DNA from: a virus | Length of the DNA: 64,000 bases | Reading direction: 5' to 3' (one strand) | IMG/VR virus record: IMGVR_UViG_3300027826_000006 | Shown here: piece after piece, positions 34,278-43,746 of the stretch | How positions within the stretch are numbered: the stretch's first letter is position 1 | How the letters are laid out: each line of letters starts with the position of its first letter | Translations under genes and position numbers: made by a program | The notes under the pieces: generated by a model | What the model saw: only the letters and a program-made list of their open reading frames with translations | What the model was told of the DNA's origin: nothing | Databases searched by the model: none

Positions 34278-36437
34278 TTGGCGTTAATCTCCTCACCCAT
34301 CAGTCTAGCCACAGAAATCCTGCCGCAGGATATCCCCGCGCCACCGGAATTACCGGAAGATACAAAAGCGCTTGAGTTAGTAGTTAAAGACCTTAACCGC
34401 GCGGAATACTACACCCTTGCTCGCGGAATGACCGTCGAGTGGGACAGAGACGATAGACTATATCTTTTTAGGATGCCGGTCGCGTTCTGGGAAGGCTCCA
34501 GTGTCCCGCGTTCTTCGCTTGGTATTCCGCTCATCTTTGAGCACATCGAATCGCTGATGCCGCAGTTCATGCAGGCATTGTTTTCCGATGATCCTCCGTT
34601 TCTCTGCAACCCGCGCGCTACAACCACCGGCGAAGCTGCCCGCGCCGTATCGCAACTGATTTCCAAGCAACTGAAAGATATCTGCTTCAAGGAAGAGACG
34701 CGGCTGGGATTGAAGGAAGCGCTTACCTATGGCACTGGAGTTTGGAAGGCAGGATGGAAGCGCGAGAAAAAGACACGCCGCACTTATAAGTTGGCGGGCC
34801 AGCCGGAAGCGCAGCCAATAGGTCACGGCAAGACGATCAACGCGGCCACTGAGGAATCGCGCAAAACCGTAGAAATGCTGGAAGAGTACGAAGTCAATAC
34901 GCCATGTATTGAGAAGGTACACATCCGTCATATCTTAGTTTCGCCGGACTTGCGCGTCCCCGATATTCGCAAGGCAAAGTATGTGATTCACCGCATGTAC
35001 CTGACGCTGGATGAATTGGAAAAACTGCGCGACCAGCCGGGATACAAGATGCCATCGAACGAATATCTGCGCTCCTTGTTTGAGCCGCCCAAGGAAAGCC
35101 CGGAGCGCTCATTGCTGGAGGGCCGCTCGACCACCTCAGTCTTAAACACTGGCGTTTCTTCGCTCGACATCAACATGGAATTTAAGGCGATGCCGCGCTG
35201 GCAGAACGCCTCCGAAGACCCCAATCTTCAGGTGTTGGAAGTTGTGGAATACACTACGCCTGACCGCATCATTGTGGTGCTGAATCGGAAGTTGTGTATC
35301 AAGAACGATATCAACGCATTCGGCTGCATCAATTATTTTTCGACTCCGTTTGTGGATGTGCTTGATAGCTGGTACGGCATCGGCATCGCCAAGTTGCTCT
35401 CCGGCGAACAGCGCTTACAGCAAGGTGTAATCAATAGCCGCTTGGATGATTTGGCCTTGCGCCTGTCTGGAACCTTCCTGCGTAAGCGCGGTGCCAATAC
35501 TCCAACTCAGCAACTTCGCCTGCGTCCGGGCGGCATCATTGATTCCGACGATGATAAAGGCGTGCAGATGATTAACTACCCGCCTGCCATCGCGGATGCT
35601 TTTACGGAAGTAGAAGCGAGCGACAGCCGCGCGCAGCGCCGTTCGGGAGCGAACGACATCGTGACACAGGGGCAGATGTCCCACCCGTCATCTATCGGCA
35701 GAACGTCTTTTGGTATGCAGACCTTGGCGGCTGGCGTGGGTGCTCGCTCCGGCTATTTCATCGACTGCGTTGTAGACTACTTCTTTATTCCGTTTTTGCA
35801 GTTCGTGCATGAGTGCAACTCGCGCTGGCTGTCGGTTGAGGAAATCAGAAGCGTGCTTGGAGAAGAGGCAGAAAAAGCCTTTACCGGCAATGCGCTCGAA
35901 GTGAAGAATGCGAACGTAAAATTCCAGATGCTTTCCGGCAGCAAGATGCGCGCCAAGATGGCCATGCAGCAACAACTGATGCCCATGATGCAGCTATTGA
36001 GTGCTGCGCCGGTGCTGGAGTCTATTCAGGATCAGGACAAAAAGATTCAGTGGATGGAGTTTGTGCAGCAGTTCTTCGATGTAACTGATTGGCCGGGTCG
36101 CCAGTCCTTGATTGTCGATCAGACCCCAGAGGACAAACAGAAGATGGCGCAGAAGAATGAGATGATGCAGCAGATGAGTCTGGTAAACCAGAAGCACCAA
36201 GCTACCATGGCCGAGATTGACCAGAAGGGCTTGGCGCAGAGCGGCACCCATGTGATTCGCGCCTTGCTGGATGAATTGACCACTAACCCAGACCACAAGA
36301 TCGCATTGCTGCAAACCCTACACGAAATGCAGCAATCGGCAATCGAGAACGGCCAACAGCAGCAGCAAGGCCCACAAGGCCAAGATCAGAATGACCCGCT
36401 AGGCATCATGGGTGGTGGTGGTACGCCAAATGGCTGA
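34278..36437 (+). CDS. putative portal protein
   Basis: 719-aa protein directly after terminase and the homing endonuclease. Q-rich C-terminus. Call is positional. Confidence 0.5.
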   Translation: MALISSPISLATEILPQDIPAPPELPEDTKALELVVKDLNRAEYYTLARGMTVEWDRDDRLYLFRMPVAFWEGSSVPRSSLGIPLIFEHIESLMPQFMQALFSDDPPFLCNPRATTTGEAARAVSQLISKQLKDICFKEETRLGLKEALTYGTGVWKAGWKREKKTRRTYKLAGQPEAQPIGHGKTINAATEESRKTVEMLEEYEVNTPCIEKVHIRHILVSPDLRVPDIRKAKYVIHRMYLTLDELEKLRDQPGYKMPSNEYLRSLFEPPKESPERSLLEGRSTTSVLNTGVSSLDINMEFKAMPRWQNASEDPNLQVLEVVEYTTPDRIIVVLNRKLCIKNDINAFGCINYFSTPFVDVLDSWYGIGIAKLLSGEQRLQQGVINSRLDDLALRLSGTFLRKRGANTPTQQLRLRPGGIIDSDDDKGVQMINYPPAIADAFTEVEASDSRAQRRSGANDIVTQGQMSHPSSIGRTSFGMQTLAAGVGARSGYFIDCVVDYFFIPFLQFVHECNSRWLSVEEIRSVLGEEAEKAFTGNALEVKNANVKFQMLSGSKMRAKMAMQQQLMPMMQLLSAAPVLESIQDQDKKIQWMEFVQQFFDVTDWPGRQSLIVDQTPEDKQKMAQKNEMMQQMSLVNQKHQATMAEIDQKGLAQSGTHVIRALLDELTTNPDHKIALLQTLHEMQQSAIENGQQQQQGPQGQDQNDPLGIMGGGGTPNG

Positions 36438-37374
36438 CAATGATTCCAGTCTGGGCGATTTATTAACCACCGATTTGCACGATTCCGATGTTCCGCCGCC
36501 ACCCCCACTTGCGTCGGCCCCCGGTTCACCGCTTGCCGGTCTCGGGCCTGAAACCATCAAACGGATTGCCTTACAATCGCGCAGGCTGGTGCCCAGTGAA
36601 GCCAAGGCCATCAAAGATGCATTTGGCGATGCGGTTAATCCAGACGATATTCGGATTGCGTTTGACCGTGGAGCCGCTGGCACAAACTTGCGTGGCTATG
36701 TAATTTCCAAGGAATTGCCCACGGTAGAATTTTTCCCTACCGATACGGGCTATTCCGTCCCGACTGAATTGCTACACGAAACCACCCATGTCTGGCAAAA
36801 CTTGTTGCATAGACGTTACACGGCCCCCGAGACCCATAGCCGGAAAATGGAGCAATACCAGTACAACCCAGCGCTGGTTTCGGAAAAAACATTCCCATCG
36901 TTTGCCACGGAACAGCAGGGAGATATCGTCAAAAACGACGAACCGGGTGCGCGTCGCTTTATTCAGCAGCATCCCGCATCGCGTCCATTTCAGGGCGACC
37001 TAGCATTTTTGGATTCAGTTCGGCAGAGATACCAAACGAAAACTCCGGGCTATGACCCGGCGCGTTACCATGCTGGCGACCCCGGCGCTTTTACGGCAGT
37101 CAAGGATTTACCGGAAAGCCTTGGCGGCGGCCAAGTGGTGGGTATCAATCTTCGCCCCAAACTTGCGCATGAAAAGGTATTAGATAATCTTCGCGCGAAG
37201 TTCCCGCAGTATGCCAACGCCGACGACGGCAAGGTGCTTGGCGGATTACTCGCCAAGTACCCACAGTATCGCCAGCACGTAGGCCCGACAGGGGTGGCCT
37301 TGGCGCAGCAGCACAACAACAAGATTCCCAAGTACGACCCGCTGAATATCTTCGGAGGGGCGAATGGCCGATAA
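36412..37374 (+). CDS. hypothetical virion-module protein (shares duplicated segment with next gene)
   Basis: C-terminal LRAKFPQYANADDGKVLGGLLAKYPQYRQHVGPTGVALAQQH. Confidence 0.4.
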   Translation: MVVVRQMADNDSSLGDLLTTDLHDSDVPPPPPLASAPGSPLAGLGPETIKRIALQSRRLVPSEAKAIKDAFGDAVNPDDIRIAFDRGAAGTNLRGYVISKELPTVEFFPTDTGYSVPTELLHETTHVWQNLLHRRYTAPETHSRKMEQYQYNPALVSEKTFPSFATEQQGDIVKNDEPGARRFIQQHPASRPFQGDLAFLDSVRQRYQTKTPGYDPARYHAGDPGAFTAVKDLPESLGGGQVVGINLRPKLAHEKVLDNLRAKFPQYANADDGKVLGGLLAKYPQYRQHVGPTGVALAQQHNNKIPKYDPLNIFGGANGR

Positions 37375-37882
37375 TAGCCATCAGGTAGTCTTGGAGAGTC
37401 TCCGCACCAAGCACCCCGAATATAGGCGGGTTCCTGACGCACAGTTGATGCACGCACTTCTGTCTAAGCACCCAGAGTATGCAGATCACGTAGGGCCGAC
37501 CGGGGTGAAGTTGGCCCTGTCGCATTCGCCTAACCCTCCAAGGTATGTCATTGGCGCGCCGCGTGGCTTGTTGGTTCCGGGCAATCTCAACCTGAATGGT
37601 AGGCCGTTTGTCGTCAATGCAGATGGCAGCGTAAGCACTGAATATTCCACATCGTTTGGCGATGCTAAGGGTAGAGAAATTCTGGTGCCCACGGTTGTCA
37701 ATGGCAGATTCCTGACTCCCAATGGCGCGAAACCGGAAGAGGGATCGCCGGAAGAGAAGGCCATGTTTCAGGCAGCGCAAAAACACTATGTTGATACCGG
37801 CGAGCATCTTGGTATTTTCGATAGCCCGGAGAATGCCGACGCTTATGCGCACACAGTTCATATGAGGCCAATGCAACAATGA
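37364..37882 (+). CDS. hypothetical virion-module protein (N-terminal duplicate of preceding gene's C-terminus)
   Basis: N-terminal LRTKHPEYRRVPDAQLMHALLSKHPEYADHVGPTGVKLALSH. Overlapping start ATGGCCGATAA. Confidence 0.4.
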   Translation: MADNSHQVVLESLRTKHPEYRRVPDAQLMHALLSKHPEYADHVGPTGVKLALSHSPNPPRYVIGAPRGLLVPGNLNLNGRPFVVNADGSVSTEYSTSFGDAKGREILVPTVVNGRFLTPNGAKPEEGSPEEKAMFQAAQKHYVDTGEHLGIFDSPENADAYAHTVHMRPMQQ

Positions 37883-38241
37883 CGGACAGTAGGACTAATC
37901 GTATCGAGGAAATCGCGGCGGCCTTTGAAGAAGCCCGCCATCTTGAAGTCATGTCGCAGGTGCCGGGATGGAAGATATTCCAGAAGCGCTGCGAATCGCG
38001 CATTGAGCAGATCAAAACCCAATTCATGACCACCGCTATGGACAAGGATGCACTATGGGCCGCGCAGGTTCGCCTGAAGGGCATCATTGAGTTCTATGCC
38101 GGAATCATAGATGACGTGAAGCGTAGCGTGGAGACATTGGAACCTGAAGTCATGACGCGCATTCTGGCCAGCGAACAACTTGACCCATTGGAATTGGATG
38201 GTGAACTTCGCCCGCCCGAGCCGGATGAGGTAATGCTGTAA
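37879..38241 (+). CDS. hypothetical protein
   Basis: ORF, coupled. Confidence 0.35.
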   Translation: MTDSRTNRIEEIAAAFEEARHLEVMSQVPGWKIFQKRCESRIEQIKTQFMTTAMDKDALWAAQVRLKGIIEFYAGIIDDVKRSVETLEPEVMTRILASEQLDPLELDGELRPPEPDEVML

Positions 38242-38407
38242 TGGCGTGCTCTAGTCACTGCTATCGCGTGCAATGCTGGATGCGCAAAGTCCACCCCAGA
38301 AAAGATAGCCTGATGTATATTCGCATCAAGGTCTGGCTGCGCACCAGATCGTGGAATAGTGGGTTGATGGACTGGTGGCGGGATAGACCTTGGAGATATA
38401 ATTAGGC

Positions 38408-38659
38408 ATGCCACATTACGCAAATGGTGAAGTAGCAAAACATGGGGATTTGGCGATTTATGAAACCGAGCAAAATGAAGTAGCCGGTATCATTGTGTCG
38501 ATCCAAGCGTCCGAACAATATTGCAACGCTACGGCTATACCCTTGGCGCAACGGCAAAAGGGTACCGGTATCTGGTTTCCGCTTGCTGGTAATGGGCAAT
38601 GGAGTTTTGAATTGATGAAGTGCCTGCCAGTCTCCACGTCCCGCTTGCGCGCTCTCTAA
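38408..38659 (+). CDS. hypothetical protein
   Basis: ORF only. Confidence 0.3.
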   Translation: MPHYANGEVAKHGDLAIYETEQNEVAGIIVSIQASEQYCNATAIPLAQRQKGTGIWFPLAGNGQWSFELMKCLPVSTSRLRAL

Positions 38660-38693
38660 CAACTTCTCTGTAATCGTTGCTGTCGGTAACTAA

Positions 38694-39905
38694 ATGTCTA
38701 CAGCAACAGTCACTCCTCCAGTTCCAGTAGAACTTCAGGCACAAGACCCCACACTGGACAGGCTTTATGGCCTGCCAGCGACCGAGCCGCGCACTACTAA
38801 AGCGCCGCCAATTTCCCGCAGCATGCAATTCGTGGAAGACTTCGCGCCGCCAGTCCCGGCAGAACTTCAACCGGTGACGCCGCCAACTCAAGTTCCCCCG
38901 ACGACGCAAACCGCTACCCCGCCTGTGCCTGAGCCTGTGCCTACCACTGCACCGGCTCCTGCACCGGTGGTGCAGCCGACAACTGTCGATCAGCAACCAC
39001 ATCCGGTAAAGGTGTTCCGCGTGGTTGATCTACAGGACGGTTCGGGCGTGCAGCGCTTCGAGGCCGAAGGGCCAACGCTTGAAAAGGCGTATGAGGCACT
39101 GGCCGATAAGCTGACCCAAGCGCAGACCCATGCTTCGCGCTATATCAAAACGTTAAAGGAAAAGGCGAAGGCAAAGCCGGATTTGGGGCAGCAAGAACAG
39201 CCATTGCAGTATCAGCCGCGCGACTTGACCGACGCCGATATCACCGCGCTGAATGAGACTTACAAGACGAACCCGGTGAAGGCGTGGATGGAGATGTATG
39301 AAGCGCTTACCGGAACCAAGCCGAACGCCGTTGCCAAGGCGGTATTTGAAGCGCAAATCGCCGAGGCCAAGGAGAAGGCCGGTCGCGCAGAAGTTGAATT
39401 CATCAATGCGCACCAAGAAGATTTTGATTGCTCGCCAGAAAGCGGACAAAAGATTTATAGCTTCCTTGCTGGATGCACCCGACCAGTGACCGATGGCGGT
39501 TACCAGTGCCCGCGCTGCCATAAGGTGCATGACCCGGCAATGAAGGTCACGCTGAATAATTTGGAATACGCTTTTGAGACTTTAACCGAACAGGGGCATG
39601 TGTTCACGAAGAAGCCAGTTGTGGCCCCGGAACCAGCGCCCGCACCAGTTGCGCCACCTGTTCAAGTTGCACCGCCGCCACCAGCGCCGGTGCCCGCGCC
39701 GCCTGCACCAGTTGTGCAGCCGGTAGCACCACAAGTTCAAGCACCGCCTCCGCCCGTGATGCTGTCTGACCGCTCTGGCCAGCGGACAGTAACCGCACCC
39801 GAGTCGGAAGGGGTCAATGCCGCTGCGTTGAGCAGTCTGCCAATAGGAGAAATGCGTGCCCGTATTGGGCAACTCCTAAAAGCAGGCGCAGTTCCCAGCC
39901 GATAA
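38694..39905 (+). CDS. putative scaffolding protein (Pro/Ala/Val/Gln-rich)
   Basis: Low-complexity P/A/V/Q-rich 403-aa protein immediately upstream of the capsid gene. Positional call. Confidence 0.4.
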   Translation: MSTATVTPPVPVELQAQDPTLDRLYGLPATEPRTTKAPPISRSMQFVEDFAPPVPAELQPVTPPTQVPPTTQTATPPVPEPVPTTAPAPAPVVQPTTVDQQPHPVKVFRVVDLQDGSGVQRFEAEGPTLEKAYEALADKLTQAQTHASRYIKTLKEKAKAKPDLGQQEQPLQYQPRDLTDADITALNETYKTNPVKAWMEMYEALTGTKPNAVAKAVFEAQIAEAKEKAGRAEVEFINAHQEDFDCSPESGQKIYSFLAGCTRPVTDGGYQCPRCHKVHDPAMKVTLNNLEYAFETLTEQGHVFTKKPVVAPEPAPAPVAPPVQVAPPPPAPVPAPPAPVVQPVAPQVQAPPPPVMLSDRSGQRTVTAPESEGVNAAALSSLPIGEMRARIGQLLKAGAVPSR

Positions 39906-40103
39906 CGCCGGAACGTGGATAGCTGCCTGTTCAATTAAAGCTGAACATTTTGGCCAAAAATGTCAGTAATAGTTGAACATCCAGAACCCACTGGGCGCGC
40001 TAGTGCAAGCACGTTAGCCAACTTCTCCTCTTAGCGGCGATCCCGCGACGGGGCCGAATGAGACGCGGCGCTTGTCATCTCATCAGCAAAATAGGTGAGC
40101 TAA

Positions 40104-41141
40104 ATGAGCTATCAACCGTCCTCAGTGCTTACGAGCACGGCGGGCCTAAGCCATCTAGCAAGCATCTACTATGACCGCGTAGCCGTAGAGAACCTAAAGG
40201 CGAATCTACCCTACGTGGCCGTAACCAGCCGTCGCAAACTCCCAGATCGCAACGGTCGCGTAATTCAGCTTTACGGTTACGATCTATTCGCTGCCAACAC
40301 CACGCCGGGTACCGAAGGTACTGTCGGTACTGGTATCAACCCAACGACATCTGTCCGCAACGTTGCCGTGAACCAGTATTTCGACTTTGCTTCGTTCTCC
40401 GACATTCTGGTGGAGACGGCAATTGATCCAATCGTTGAGAATACCGCTGCCGAGATGGGCTACCGCGCTGCGCTAACAGCTAACACTCTAGCGCGCACGG
40501 AGTTTGAGGCTGAAGCATCTGCCGACACCAGCATCGTAATCTCCTGCACGGACAACGAATTTTTGTCTGCTTCGTTGACCCGTCAGGCAGTTATGTCCCT
40601 GCGTGGTGCCGACGTGCGTCCTCAGACTGACGGCCTATTCGCTGGCATCATTCACCCATTCGCAGCATTCGATTTACTGAATGACAACACTGCGGGTGGC
40701 GTAATCGACATCCTGAAGTACCACAAAGAGGGTGCCGAGGAACTGATGCGCGGCGTGCAGGGGTATCGCGTGATTGATGTTGGCGGCGCTCGATTCATCG
40801 AGACCACGACTGCCAGCACGTTCGCGAACTTCCCGTCCGGCACGAAGACTGGCTACGGAACCTACGTGATTGGTCAGGATGCGGTGTTCTCAGTTTCCTT
40901 GGGAGCAACCGAAATTCCCGAACAGCGCAACTACCAGTTGATCGTGAACCCAAATCTTGCGATCATAAAATCTCGCTATATCGGTGGACACCCCAACGTG
41001 GGCAATACCGAGGCAACCTGTGAAAACAGAGAGTCCGTAGAGACTGCACGCGAGACTTCCTTCGGGAAGATGATACAGTCCGAACTTGCTGGGCGACCAG
41101 CAGAGGTAGGCAGAAATGACCTATCCGCGCTATGCGCGTAA
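40104..41141 (+). CDS. putative major capsid protein
   Basis: 345-aa protein after scaffold-like gene. RBS AGGTGAGC. Followed by the strongest terminator in the window. Confidence 0.55.
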   Translation: MSYQPSSVLTSTAGLSHLASIYYDRVAVENLKANLPYVAVTSRRKLPDRNGRVIQLYGYDLFAANTTPGTEGTVGTGINPTTSVRNVAVNQYFDFASFSDILVETAIDPIVENTAAEMGYRAALTANTLARTEFEAEASADTSIVISCTDNEFLSASLTRQAVMSLRGADVRPQTDGLFAGIIHPFAAFDLLNDNTAGGVIDILKYHKEGAEELMRGVQGYRVIDVGGARFIETTTASTFANFPSGTKTGYGTYVIGQDAVFSVSLGATEIPEQRNYQLIVNPNLAIIKSRYIGGHPNVGNTEATCENRESVETARETSFGKMIQSELAGRPAEVGRNDLSALCA

Positions 41142-41309
41142 CAAAGTTGAAGAAACTGGGAACCAAGTGTTGCTGATCCGGCCCGTGTTGTTGGGGCAAG
41201 CTGTGCATACAATTTCAAGTATGCCGCCATGCGCGTACCGCAGAACGCTGCGTTACACCCAAGATTCAGGCTGATAAAAGCTGAAGCAAGTATCAGCTAA
41301 TCACTTAAT

Positions 41310-41348
41310 GGCGCTAGGTTTTAGCCTAGCGCCATTTTTTTATTTGTT
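41310..41348 (+). terminator. rho-independent terminator
   Basis: ggcgctagg-tttta-gcctagcgcc followed by atttttttatttgtt. Confidence 0.85.
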
Positions 41349-41351
41349 CCT

Positions 41352-41398
41352 GTTTCCCTATTGTAGAATTGGGAAACGTGATGTAGAATTGGGAAATG
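41352..41398 (+). repeat. hairpin (gtttccc/gggaaac) plus 15-bp direct repeat tgtagaattgggaaa x2 (41363-41377, 41383-41397)
   Basis: Read directly from the sequence. The second copy overlaps the ATG of the LAGLIDADG gene. Confidence 0.6.
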
Positions 41399-42022
41399 TT
41401 TGAATCAATCAACGAACTAACGTGGGGCAGGATTGGGGCATATATGGACGGCGAGGGCAATATTGGAATCGCCAAAACCGACGCATATCACAACGGTGAT
41501 AAGCGGGCTTATACTCAATATTCACTTAACGTGAATGTCACCAACACACATCCCAGAATTCTCGCCTTCTTCGCCAATAATGTTCCCGGTGGCAATACGT
41601 CCGGCGACAATCGAAAGATTATCAATCACGGCAAGGCCGAAGTATGGAAGCGCTCCGGCAAGTGGTTTATCACTGGGCGCGAAAAGCAGCGGCAGTTTCT
41701 TCTTGGCGTAAAGCCGTATATCGAAGGCAAGCGCGAATTGGTGGACTTGGCATTGGAGTATCTAGCTTTGCCGATCAGAACCAGAAATCCAGAACTGCGC
41801 GAACGGATGTACCGAGAATCTAGAAAACTAAACACAAAAGGCCCACAATATGTGCCGGGCTTCGATAAGCCAACCAAGCCGACGCCGCGCCGAACGTTCA
41901 AATTGGACGTGAATGGTATACCGCAATACAATTTACCAAAGGAGAGAGCAAGCAATGAAAACTTACGGCCCCAAGATCAACCCAGCGCAAAAAGAAAAAC
42001 TGCTCGCCGCGCTCAAGGCTAG
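41396..42022 (+). CDS. LAGLIDADG homing endonuclease
   Basis: GAYMDGEGNIGIAK is a LAGLIDADG motif. Basic C-terminus. Confidence 0.75.
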   Translation: MFESINELTWGRIGAYMDGEGNIGIAKTDAYHNGDKRAYTQYSLNVNVTNTHPRILAFFANNVPGGNTSGDNRKIINHGKAEVWKRSGKWFITGREKQRQFLLGVKPYIEGKRELVDLALEYLALPIRTRNPELRERMYRESRKLNTKGPQYVPGFDKPTKPTPRRTFKLDVNGIPQYNLPKERASNENLRPQDQPSAKRKTARRAQG

Positions 42023-42410
42023 GCCATACCTCAAGCCGCTCGCCCAAAAACTCATCGCCATTGGCGGCGACGTTCCATGTATCTGGAATGAAGACTTTTC
42101 TCTTACCCAGAACTTCGTCGCGGTGCTTCTTGGTTTGGCTCGCTTGTCCAATGGGTCGTATGCTAGACCGCGCCAAATGGAGCAAAATCGCTGCCACCAC
42201 AACGCAATCAAACTGGCAGCGAAATACCCACACAAATACCAGCGCGAAACCGGCTTGGCCCTGTCGGACGACGGCATCTGGCGGGTACATTCGTGGGCGT
42301 TTGATATGGCAAAGAATGAGATTGTTGAAACAACCGTCCCGCAGCGCAAATATTTCGGCGTAACCCTAGCCATTACCGCAGGCGATAAAGAGGAAATAAA
42401 GGCTGCATGA
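41955..42410 (+). CDS. hypothetical protein
   Basis: ATG at 41955 after GGAGAGAG. Confidence 0.4.
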   Translation: MKTYGPKINPAQKEKLLAALKARPYLKPLAQKLIAIGGDVPCIWNEDFSLTQNFVAVLLGLARLSNGSYARPRQMEQNRCHHNAIKLAAKYPHKYQRETGLALSDDGIWRVHSWAFDMAKNEIVETTVPQRKYFGVTLAITAGDKEEIKAA

Positions 42411-42685
42411 CCCTCAAATTCCTTCTCCCACTTCTCCTGCTCGCGCCCGGTTGCTATCCACCCATTGCCACAACCCGACCGGCCATTGTCCATATCAACA
42501 TCGCAGGGAAAGGCGCGCCGCCTTCTCGCCTTGACATCCCCGGCTACCGCTGGACACCGTACCGGGACGGCACAGTCCGTTATTATCCTGAATGGGATGA
42601 GCACCAACCAAACCAAGCATGCAGTGACGGCTGGGGGATGAACACAATTTTCAGTTGCGATCAGCGGTTGCGGCGTGTAATCTAA
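42407..42685 (+). CDS. putative lipoprotein
   Basis: MTLKFLLPLLLLAPGC (lipobox LAPGC). Confidence 0.5.
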   Translation: MTLKFLLPLLLLAPGCYPPIATTRPAIVHINIAGKGAPPSRLDIPGYRWTPYRDGTVRYYPEWDEHQPNQACSDGWGMNTIFSCDQRLRRVI

Positions 42686-42705
42686 TTCCCATGGAGGGCA
42701 CCACG

Positions 42706-43146
42706 ATGCGCCTGAGTGAAGCGATCAGATTGGGAAGTTTGCTAATTCCAGAACCACAAATGGGCGAGTTGAGCAAGTGTGCGTTGGGTATGGCGGCTAT
42801 CGCCAAGGGCCACCAAATTCAGGGAGACGCCAACCGGGAATATGAATACTTCTTACAGACTTGGCCATGGCTGAAGGATGTAAGCATTAAATGCCCATGC
42901 TCCCCATGTGCGGCCCGCCTTGGGGTTGTAGACGAGGATCAATGTGTGCTGGAAGATGTGCAAGTTGTGTGGCACATATTTGATGAGCATGTGATGCACA
43001 CCCTCCCATCCGCACTGTCGCAGCATTGGACATTGGAGCAACTGATTGACTTTATTGCCAGCATCGAACCCCGAGAGGCAGCCGAGGTGGCGAGCGCTCA
43101 AGCGGTGGCGACGCCGGACAAAGTTGCCGACACCGTTAACCGGTAA
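42706..43146 (+). CDS. hypothetical protein, paralog family A member 4
   Basis: MRLSEAIRLGSLL...CALGMAAIAKG...TWPWLKDVSIKCPCSPC...FDEHVMH...WTLEQLIDFIASIEP. Confidence 0.55.
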   Translation: MRLSEAIRLGSLLIPEPQMGELSKCALGMAAIAKGHQIQGDANREYEYFLQTWPWLKDVSIKCPCSPCAARLGVVDEDQCVLEDVQVVWHIFDEHVMHTLPSALSQHWTLEQLIDFIASIEPREAAEVASAQAVATPDKVADTVNR

Positions 43147-43343
43147 CCGCGCCTTCGGCGGCAAAATCTGGTTTCGCGAATGTGCGCAGAAGATCGCCCA
43201 TTTCTCCATGGAGACGGCATCTCGCCATTTTGATGAAATCGCGGCCAAGCCTGATCGCCATGGCGGGATTCTTAATATCTATGAATGCCGGTGGTGCGGC
43301 TGGTACCACGTTGGCCATCGGAGCGAAACAAGGGAATCAAAAA

Positions 43344-43655
43344 ATGAGACACGACGAACATCTATACCTAAAACTGATTGAGGAATGCAGCGAGGTGCAG
43401 CACCGCTGTTCCAAATTGATTCAATTCGGGCCATACGAGAAGCAGGCCAATAATCCGGTTTCTGGCGGGAAAGAAGCCCCACATTTAGGCACCAACGCCG
43501 AACGCCTGCAAGAAGAGGTCAACGATCTGATTGCAGTAGTTAAATTGCTGGGCCTGAAGATGCCGACCGCCGCGCAGGTGGAAGCCAAGAAGACCAAGAT
43601 CGAAAAGTATCGGCGGTATTCAGAATCACTAGGCTGCGTCGATACACCCGCATAA
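43344..43655 (+). CDS. MazG-like nucleotide pyrophosphohydrolase (small all-alpha NTP-PPase)
   Basis: LKLIEECSEVQHRCSK...LQEEVNDLIAVVKLLGL resembles the MazG/HisE EExxE...EExxD pattern. ATG at 43344. Confidence 0.45.
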   Translation: MRHDEHLYLKLIEECSEVQHRCSKLIQFGPYEKQANNPVSGGKEAPHLGTNAERLQEEVNDLIAVVKLLGLKMPTAAQVEAKKTKIEKYRRYSESLGCVDTPA

Positions 43656-43746
43656 ACGATAGAATGTCCACGTGGCTTATTCTCCGGCTGGCATTCTAAA
43701 TTCCTATATCCCGAGCAATGTCCTATCCAAGGTGGGCGAGCCGGTC

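Noticed and set aside
34278-36437. Calling the C-terminal Q-rich region of the portal candidate a separate gene or repeat element
   Set aside because: The reading frame is continuous with no internal start signals. The low-complexity Q-rich tail is common in portal and ejection proteins.
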